Origin: Methylomonas sp. | GTDB lineage: Bacteria; Pseudomonadota; Gammaproteobacteria; Methylococcales; Methylomonadaceae | Length of the DNA stretch: 64,000 nucleotides | Reading direction: 5' to 3' | Assembly: GCF_023228165.1 (NCBI RefSeq) | Contig: NZ_JALOBS010000005.1 | Span: forward strand, 82,264 to 146,263 | Shown: positions 57,607-64,000 of the stretch, piece after piece | Position numbering within the stretch: position 1 is the stretch's first letter | How the letters are laid out: the number at the start of each line of letters is the position of its first letter | Notes under the pieces: model-generated | The model's input: the letters and a program-made list of their open reading frames with translations, nothing else | What the model was told of the DNA's origin: nothing | Databases searched by the model: none | Program-made: the position numbers and the translations under genes

Positions 57607-58770
57607 ATGACCCAAACCGTATTAGACCGCATGCAAGCCCCCGGCTCCAAGAAAATTCTCGCCTGTGACGGCGGCGGCATCTTGGGTTTGATGAGCGTGG
57701 AGATACTGGCCAAGCTGGAATATGACTTGCGGGTAAAGCTGGGCAAGGATGATAAGTTCGTACTGGCGGATTATTTCGATTTTGTCTGCGGCACCAGCAC
57801 CGGGGCGATTATTGCCGCCTGCATCGCCTGCGGCATGTCCATGGACAAGATCAGAGAGTTCTATCTGGACAGCGGTGAACAGATGTTCGACAAGGCCTCG
57901 CTGTTGAAACGCTTGCGTTTCAATTATAACAACGAGCCGCTGGCAAAATTGCTGAGAAAAGCTTTTGATGAACAATTGCTGGAAAGCAACGCCACGCTGG
58001 GCAGCTCCAAGCTGCGCACGCTGTTGATGATGGTATTGCGCAATCACAGTACCGATTCGCCGTGGCCGGTCAGCAATAATCCGCTGGCCAAATACAACGA
58101 CCTGAGTCGGCGCGACTGCAATCTGTTTTTACCGCTGTGGCAACTGGTGCGGGCCAGCAGCGCCGCGCCAACCTATTTTCCGCCGGAAGTGGTGACTTTC
58201 GCCGAGGGTTCGCCGGAGGAATATAACTTTATCTTCGTCGACGGCGGCGTTACCACTTATAACAACCCGGCCTATCTGGCCTTTCAAATGGCCACCGCCG
58301 CGCCCTATAACATCAACTGGCCAACCGGCGAAAACCAGCTGTTGATCGTTTCGGTCGGCACCGGCGGCGCGGCCAAAACCCTGGCCAAAAACACCGGCGT
58401 GGACGAACTGAATATTTTGCATTTCGCCCAAAACATACCCTCGGCCTTGATGAATGCCGCCTCGGCGGGCTGGGACATGACCTGCCGCACCTTGGGCGCC
58501 TGCCGGCACGGCGGGCTTATCGATAGGGAAATCGGCGATATGGTACAGTCACCCAACACAGTGAATTTCAGCGGGCCGAAATTATTCAGTTATCTGCGCT
58601 ACGACCCTTCGGTGACCCGGGAGGGACTGGATGCCTTGGGTTTGCGCGATGTCGACCCGGCCCATGTGCAGAGCCTGGATTCGGTGGCGCATATCGGCGA
58701 CATCCGGCGGGTCGGCATCGAGTACGCCAACACGCACATCAAGCCGGAACATTTTAAAGGCTTTGTCTGA
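57607..58770 (+). CDS. Patatin-like phospholipase
   Basis: DGGGILG, GTSTG nucleophile and DGG motifs intact. Confidence 0.93.
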   Translation: MTQTVLDRMQAPGSKKILACDGGGILGLMSVEILAKLEYDLRVKLGKDDKFVLADYFDFVCGTSTGAIIAACIACGMSMDKIREFYLDSGEQMFDKASLLKRLRFNYNNEPLAKLLRKAFDEQLLESNATLGSSKLRTLLMMVLRNHSTDSPWPVSNNPLAKYNDLSRRDCNLFLPLWQLVRASSAAPTYFPPEVVTFAEGSPEEYNFIFVDGGVTTYNNPAYLAFQMATAAPYNINWPTGENQLLIVSVGTGGAAKTLAKNTGVDELNILHFAQNIPSALMNAASAGWDMTCRTLGACRHGGLIDREIGDMVQSPNTVNFSGPKLFSYLRYDPSVTREGLDALGLRDVDPAHVQSLDSVAHIGDIRRVGIEYANTHIKPEHFKGFV

Positions 58771-58796
58771 TTCTAATTCAATTGGGGGAGATCAAC

Positions 58797-60092
58797 ATGG
58801 CGGACCAACAAAAAACCTGCTTCGTGGTGATGGGCTTCGGCGTCAAAACCGATTATCACACCAGCCGCGAGCTGGACCTGGATAAAAGCTATAAATACAT
58901 CATCAAGACGGCGGTGGAAGACGCCGGTCTGAAATGCATCCGGGCCGATGAAATCCCGCATGCCGGCACCATCGATGTGCCGATGTTCGAGCAATTGCTG
59001 AAGGCCGATGTGGTGTTGGCGGATTTATCCACCTCCAACTGCAATGCTATTTATGAACTGGGGGTTAGGCATGCGTTAAGGCCACGTACCACCATCATCA
59101 TCGCCGAGGAACAATTCGCCAATCCGTTTGACGTTAACCATATCCTGATCCGCCGCTATCGGCATGACGGCAAGGTGTTGGATATTGAAGAAGTGGACCG
59201 GTTTCGAAAGCTACTCAAACAAGCCATTATCGACATCGTCAATGCCGAGCAAAACGATAGCCCGGTGTATACCTATTTAAGTAATCTTGAACCACCGGAA
59301 GAACGCATCGTCACCACTGGCAAAGCCGGCAATATCGTTTCGGCAATCGCACCGGAAACGGCCGCCGCACCGGAACCGACTACTCCGGCGGTGTCGGTAT
59401 TGCTGCAACAAGTGACCGAAGCCAAGAAAAACAGCGATTTTTTACTCGCCAAAGCGCTGCTGACCACCTTGCACACGCTATCCCCCCGTCAATCGCAATG
59501 GGTGCAGCAACTGGCGCTGGTCACCTACAAAGCCAAATACCCCGACCCTTACAACGCCCTGCTTGAAGCTAAGCAGATTCTGCAACCCCTGCAACCGGAG
59601 TCTTCGAATAATGCCGAAACCTTGGGGATTTGGGGCGCCATCCATAAACGGTTGTTCGACATCAGCCGCGATCCGGGCGATCTGGATACGGCCATCAGCG
59701 CTTACGAAAAAGGCTATCGCTTACAAAGCGATTACTACAACGGTATCAATTGGGCATTCCTGTTGAATGTGCGGGCATCCCTGACCCAGGATAGGGCGGA
59801 AGCCATTACCGATTTTATGCTGGCCCGCCGCACCCGCGCGGATGTGTTGAAAATCGCCGATGCCAAATTCGCCGAGCTGAAAACCATCAAGGATGTGGAA
59901 GACGACGATAACCGTTACTGGGTGTTAGCCACCAAGGCCGAAGCCTGGGTGGGACTGGGTAATGACGCCGAAGCCGAGGAATGCCTGCGGCAAGCCAAAC
60001 CGTACTCCGAATATTGGATGTGCGAATCCACCCAACAGCAAATCGATGCGCTGAAGAAATTATTGCAAAACTCGCCTCTGGATGGACTATAA
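58797..60092 (+). CDS. NDT/deoxyribohydrolase-like domain + TPR domain (DUF4071/MAP3K TRAF-binding-like)
   Basis: CFVVMGF...RADE...ADVVLADLS..N.NAIYELGVRHAL, then TPRs (ETLGIWGAIHKR, YYNGIN, YWVLATKAEA). Confidence 0.82.
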   Translation: MADQQKTCFVVMGFGVKTDYHTSRELDLDKSYKYIIKTAVEDAGLKCIRADEIPHAGTIDVPMFEQLLKADVVLADLSTSNCNAIYELGVRHALRPRTTIIIAEEQFANPFDVNHILIRRYRHDGKVLDIEEVDRFRKLLKQAIIDIVNAEQNDSPVYTYLSNLEPPEERIVTTGKAGNIVSAIAPETAAAPEPTTPAVSVLLQQVTEAKKNSDFLLAKALLTTLHTLSPRQSQWVQQLALVTYKAKYPDPYNALLEAKQILQPLQPESSNNAETLGIWGAIHKRLFDISRDPGDLDTAISAYEKGYRLQSDYYNGINWAFLLNVRASLTQDRAEAITDFMLARRTRADVLKIADAKFAELKTIKDVEDDDNRYWVLATKAEAWVGLGNDAEAEECLRQAKPYSEYWMCESTQQQIDALKKLLQNSPLDGL

Positions 60093-60161
60093 CCATAACA
60101 ACGCTTTACCGGGCCGAGCGATCAGCCAGGCCCCCATTCACACCTCAGCGGAGCACCTGCC

Positions 60162-62984
60162 ATGGCCAAACAAAACTATAAAAAATTAATCACTCAAGCC
60201 CAGGAACTCATCGACCAAACCCAAGCTAGCGGCACCCCTGCCGACGCCGCCGTGGATAAATGCTTCCTGTTATCCAAGCAACTGTATCAGCAAGGCGAAG
60301 TGCGCGTTTCCCGGCAATTGTTAGTTAAAGCTCGGGAATTACTCAAGCAACAGGGCGAAGCCTGTTTGGCTAAAACACCTTTGGACGAAACAGAAACCCT
60401 GGGATTGACCAAACGTTTAAAAAATGTGGATGAACATGCGCTGGCGCGGCAATTGTTACACAAACTGCTCGCGCAAGGTTGCAGCGACGAGCTGACGATC
60501 AAAGCCACCCAGCAATTAGCTTTAAATACCTATAAAGACAGCGAACTGCCGCCAGACGAACGCCATAGCCAAGCTTTAACTATATTGGAAGGCATAGGCT
60601 TGCGCAGCCCGGATTGCAAGGACCCGGAAACCTTGGGCCAAGCCGGTGCGATTTATAAACGCAAATTCGACCGCTCCGGCCGCCTGGAAGACTTACAAGC
60701 CGCGCATTATTTTTACCAGCGCGGCTGGACGCTAAACCCGGAACAGGACATGGGTTACTGCGGCATCAATGCGGCGTTTATTCTGGACAAATTGGCGCAC
60801 CGGGCCCATGTCAACGCGGCCCGCGAAAAAATTCCCGCTACCGAATGCGAATCCTTGAGCAAGCAAGCCAACGACTTGCGCAAGCAACTATTGGCCGAAT
60901 TGCCGAATTACGCCACCGTGCAGGACCAAGACATCCTCAACCAATGGTGGTTTTTGGTGAGCATGGCGGAAGCCGCTTTCGGCCTGGAGCAATGGGATGC
61001 AGCCGGCAAATGGCTGGAACAGGCCAAAACCGCCGAACACTTCGAATGGGAACGCCAGACCACCACCCGACAACTGGTGGCTATCGCCCGGATGCAAGGT
61101 TTTGTGCCGCCCGAGGACGGTCAATCCGCCAAGGATTGGGCGCCGCCCTGGCAGGTTTTGAGCCTTTTATTGGGGGCCGATGCGCCGGCCTGCTTTGAGT
61201 GTTTTCGCGGCAAGGTCGGCTTGGCGCTGTCCGGCGGCGGCTTCCGGGCTTCGCTGTATCATCTGGGGGTACTGGCGCGTTTGGCGGAGGTGGATGCGCT
61301 ACGCAGCGTGGAGGTATTGTCGACGGTATCCGGCGGCAGCATCGTCGGCGCGCATTATTATTTGGCCTTGCGCAAACTGTTGATGGAAAAAACCGACGCC
61401 GAAATCAGCCGCGACGATTACATCCAGTTGGTGCGCGAGGTGATAGCGCAATTTTTTAACGGCGTCTCGGAAAACCTGCGGGTACGGGCGCTGGCCAGCC
61501 TGCCCGACAACTTTAAAATGCTGTTTCAATCCGGCTACGGCCGCAGCAATCGGATGGGGGAGCTGTACGAAACCTACTTCTACCAACAAGTTGAAGCGTA
61601 TCAAGCTGCCGCCGACGGCGTGGCGAACATGCGGCCCATGCACGATTTACGCATCCATCCGCTCACCGCCGATCCGCTCGGCAATACCACCTTTACCGAC
61701 CAAAGCTTCCACCCCCAACACGCCAACTGGCGGCGCCGGTCTAAAGTGCCGACCTTGTTATTAAACACCACCTCGCTGAATTCCGGGCATAACTGGCACT
61801 TTACCGCCAGCTTTATGGGCGAGCCGCCGGGGCTGACAGGACAGGACATCGATATGAACCAGCGCTATCGACGCTTGTATTACTGGCAGGCGCCTACCGA
61901 AAAACTCAAACACTACCCGCTGGGTTACGCGGTGGCCGCTTCCGCCGGAGTGCCGGCCCTGTTCGATCCCTTGGAACTGAACGATTTGTACCCGGATCGC
62001 ACCATTCGCCTGGTGGATGGCGGCGTGCACGACAATCAGGGCGTGGCGGGTTTACTGGATGAATGCTGTGATTTGATTTTATGCAGCGATGCCTCCGGAC
62101 AAATGGACGATCAAGCCTCACCTAAAAAAAGCGCCTTAAGCGTGTTTTTTCGTTCCGATAGCATTTTGCAGGACCGGGTGCGGGAGGCCCAATATCAAGA
62201 CCTGGAAGCCAAAGCTAAAAATAATGCCTTGCAGGGTTTGTTTTTCATCCATTTAAAACTGGATTTGCATGCCGACCCGCTGGATTGGATACAGTGCGAT
62301 AACCCTACTCCGGAGCCGCAACGACCACATTGCACGGATTACGGCATAGACCGCAGCCAGCAACGCCGCCTGGCCCAAATCCGCACCGATCTGGATACCT
62401 TTACCGAAGTGGAAGCTTATGCGCTGATGGCCAGCGGTTATGCCATGACCAAGCATCAACTGTCCGAGCTAGACCGGCAACACCAAAGTCTGCAACTCAA
62501 CGGCCATTGGGCCGATTTTGATATCCACGCACCGGAGCAAAACTGGCCTTTCAGCAGCATTGCTCCCATCCTGACGGCCGATCCGGAAGCCGGTGATCCT
62601 AAGGCAAAGGATTTGGCCAAGCAACTCAGCGCCTCCAGCCTGATGGCTGGCAAAGCCTTGGTGCTTATCCCAACCTTGAAATACGCCGGTATGGCCTGCG
62701 GATTATTGCTGTTGGCTCTATTAATCGATTGGATTAAACAAAACTGGCTGGATCACACCACGATTACTTTGGGGGTCGCCAGCATCACCACGGCCCTTAT
62801 CATTACTTTGGTCGGTGTGTTACTGCCTTTCGGTAAATATCTGCAACCTTTGGACACCGCTCGCAAATGGATAGGTTTGGCCGTGCTCGGCAGTGTAGGT
62901 TGGGCGTTGGCCAATCTGCATTTGAAGTTTTTCGACCAGTGGTTTAAAAAGCGCGGCAAATTGCAGCGCTTGTTAAATTTGTAA
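60162..62984 (+). CDS. TPR (DUF4071-like) + patatin-like phospholipase + C-terminal TM helices
   Basis: ETLGQAGAIYKR, GYCGINAAF, WWFLVSMAEA; LALSGGGFRA, STVSGGS, DGG; three hydrophobic segments at the C-terminus. Confidence 0.85.
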   Translation: MAKQNYKKLITQAQELIDQTQASGTPADAAVDKCFLLSKQLYQQGEVRVSRQLLVKARELLKQQGEACLAKTPLDETETLGLTKRLKNVDEHALARQLLHKLLAQGCSDELTIKATQQLALNTYKDSELPPDERHSQALTILEGIGLRSPDCKDPETLGQAGAIYKRKFDRSGRLEDLQAAHYFYQRGWTLNPEQDMGYCGINAAFILDKLAHRAHVNAAREKIPATECESLSKQANDLRKQLLAELPNYATVQDQDILNQWWFLVSMAEAAFGLEQWDAAGKWLEQAKTAEHFEWERQTTTRQLVAIARMQGFVPPEDGQSAKDWAPPWQVLSLLLGADAPACFECFRGKVGLALSGGGFRASLYHLGVLARLAEVDALRSVEVLSTVSGGSIVGAHYYLALRKLLMEKTDAEISRDDYIQLVREVIAQFFNGVSENLRVRALASLPDNFKMLFQSGYGRSNRMGELYETYFYQQVEAYQAAADGVANMRPMHDLRIHPLTADPLGNTTFTDQSFHPQHANWRRRSKVPTLLLNTTSLNSGHNWHFTASFMGEPPGLTGQDIDMNQRYRRLYYWQAPTEKLKHYPLGYAVAASAGVPALFDPLELNDLYPDRTIRLVDGGVHDNQGVAGLLDECCDLILCSDASGQMDDQASPKKSALSVFFRSDSILQDRVREAQYQDLEAKAKNNALQGLFFIHLKLDLHADPLDWIQCDNPTPEPQRPHCTDYGIDRSQQRRLAQIRTDLDTFTEVEAYALMASGYAMTKHQLSELDRQHQSLQLNGHWADFDIHAPEQNWPFSSIAPILTADPEAGDPKAKDLAKQLSASSLMAGKALVLIPTLKYAGMACGLLLLALLIDWIKQNWLDHTTITLGVASITTALIITLVGVLLPFGKYLQPLDTARKWIGLAVLGSVGWALANLHLKFFDQWFKKRGKLQRLLNL

Positions 62985-63060
62985 GCACTACATGAAGTCG
63001 TTGCGGCGCTGACGCCTTCCGCGCCGCAGCTTCTAACATGGACTAATCAATGGGGGCTGC

Positions 63061-64000
63061 ATGAATAACTTCGACGGTCAAATCCTGTTCGCCTTAATCG
63101 CGTCTTTAATTCTGGCCTGGGTCAGCAGCTGGTGGGTTGCCAAACGCTACGCCAGCCAAGTGTTGGCATGCACGCAAATGGGCAGCTCGCCTAGCGATGC
63201 ATTAACCACGGATCTCCCGGAACCCGTCCAATTGCCGGCATCCGTTTCGGCCGTATCAGGCAACGTCCATCTTGTCAAACAAAACCGCGCCGCCAGACGC
63301 AACTTACGCCTTGCCCTGACCTTGAGTTGCCTGGTGTTAGCCGCCATTATTGCCGCTGTCGCCCAATCCGCTTATGTCACCGACGGCTTTAGTTGGCGGC
63401 GGCTAGTAACACTGACTCTGGTATTCGCCTGGCCGCTGGTAGCCACTATTGGCCTACTGGAACGCTGGCCGCGCGGCAAGATATTTTTCATTTCGCTGCA
63501 ATACGTCGCGCTATCCAGTGTGATCGTGATGCTCAATTCCGACGAGAACCAGCATTTTTTACCGGTATTGCTGTGGCTTTTTTCCCAGCAACTGCCTTTG
63601 CTGCTGATCGTGTTTTTCATGACCGGGCCTAGATTGCGCAGCACAGGCCCTTATCTGATTTTGGTTTTTTTTAGTTTGACGGTTTCGTCCTTGCTGGGCT
63701 TGAGCGCCCTGGAACATAGCCTTGGGGATAATGCCGATAGCTGGATAATCGATTTAGCCCGGCTGACGAACGCGTACGTGGTGTTTGGCCTGTTCAGTAT
63801 TGCGCCCTGGCTGCTGGCCTTTTTTCCAGTACGCTTTTTTGCCCGCCGCCTGGCCAATGCTTACCAAGGCAAAGCCTTTTCCGAACCGCTTTATCTGGCT
63901 GCCGGCTTATGGATCATCACGCTGCTGATCCAAGCCCTGACCTTAAGCCATTCCATCGATTGGCGGGCTTATCACTTATTATGGGCCTGCCTGCTGTTTC
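63061..64000 (+). CDS. Hypothetical polytopic membrane protein, 5' part (runs off window end)
   Basis: Hand translation MNNFDGQILFALIASLILAWVSSWWVAKRY... stays open to 64000 with many TM-like segments. Confidence 0.75.
   Translation, partial: MNNFDGQILFALIASLILAWVSSWWVAKRYASQVLACTQMGSSPSDALTTDLPEPVQLPASVSAVSGNVHLVKQNRAARRNLRLALTLSCLVLAAIIAAVAQSAYVTDGFSWRRLVTLTLVFAWPLVATIGLLERWPRGKIFFISLQYVALSSVIVMLNSDENQHFLPVLLWLFSQQLPLLLIVFFMTGPRLRSTGPYLILVFFSLTVSSLLGLSALEHSLGDNADSWIIDLARLTNAYVVFGLFSIAPWLLAFFPVRFFARRLANAYQGKAFSEPLYLAAGLWIITLLIQALTLSHSIDWRAYHLLWACLLF

Overview
A 64 kb gammaproteobacterial chromosomal window. Gene content is reminiscent of Methylococcales, but this cannot be proven from the window. 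No rRNA, tRNA, cas gene or multi-repeat CRISPR array was seen. (1) 0.4-16.2 kb: an almost entirely minus-strand light/photo-oxidative-stress cluster. A B12-binding CarH/LitR regulator is divergent from a sigma-70 paralogue, followed by hflK-hflC-ftsH, BLUF-PsiE, SRPBCC, short LOV, sterol desaturase-family, msrPQ, TIGR01777, photolyase, blc and ybgA. (2) 17-28 kb: housekeeping genes (SPOR, coaX, birA, PilZ, tusC/D, bepA, rpoZ, spoT, ridA, recG) with a strong unannotated sRNA candidate before rpoZ. (3) 28-34.4 kb: accessory DNA with an RloA/RloB (AbiL-like) pair, a duplicated and frameshifted RAYT with REPs, a Na/Pi cotransporter and a solitary type I-C-like CRISPR repeat. (4) 34.7-42.3 kb: an uncharacterised CBM48-fusion/GMC/cupin/cupin/GH13 cluster. 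(5) 42.8-51.8 kb: sulP plus a six-gene hydrogenase-4-like (Ehr) operon lacking NiFe ligands. (6) 52.1 kb to the end: a predicted conflict/immunity island (SLOG-like, membrane protein, SEFIR/TIR-NTPase-Roc-COR-TIR, patatin, NDT-like-TPR, TPR-patatin, membrane protein). All domain calls come from motif recognition by eye, not database searches.
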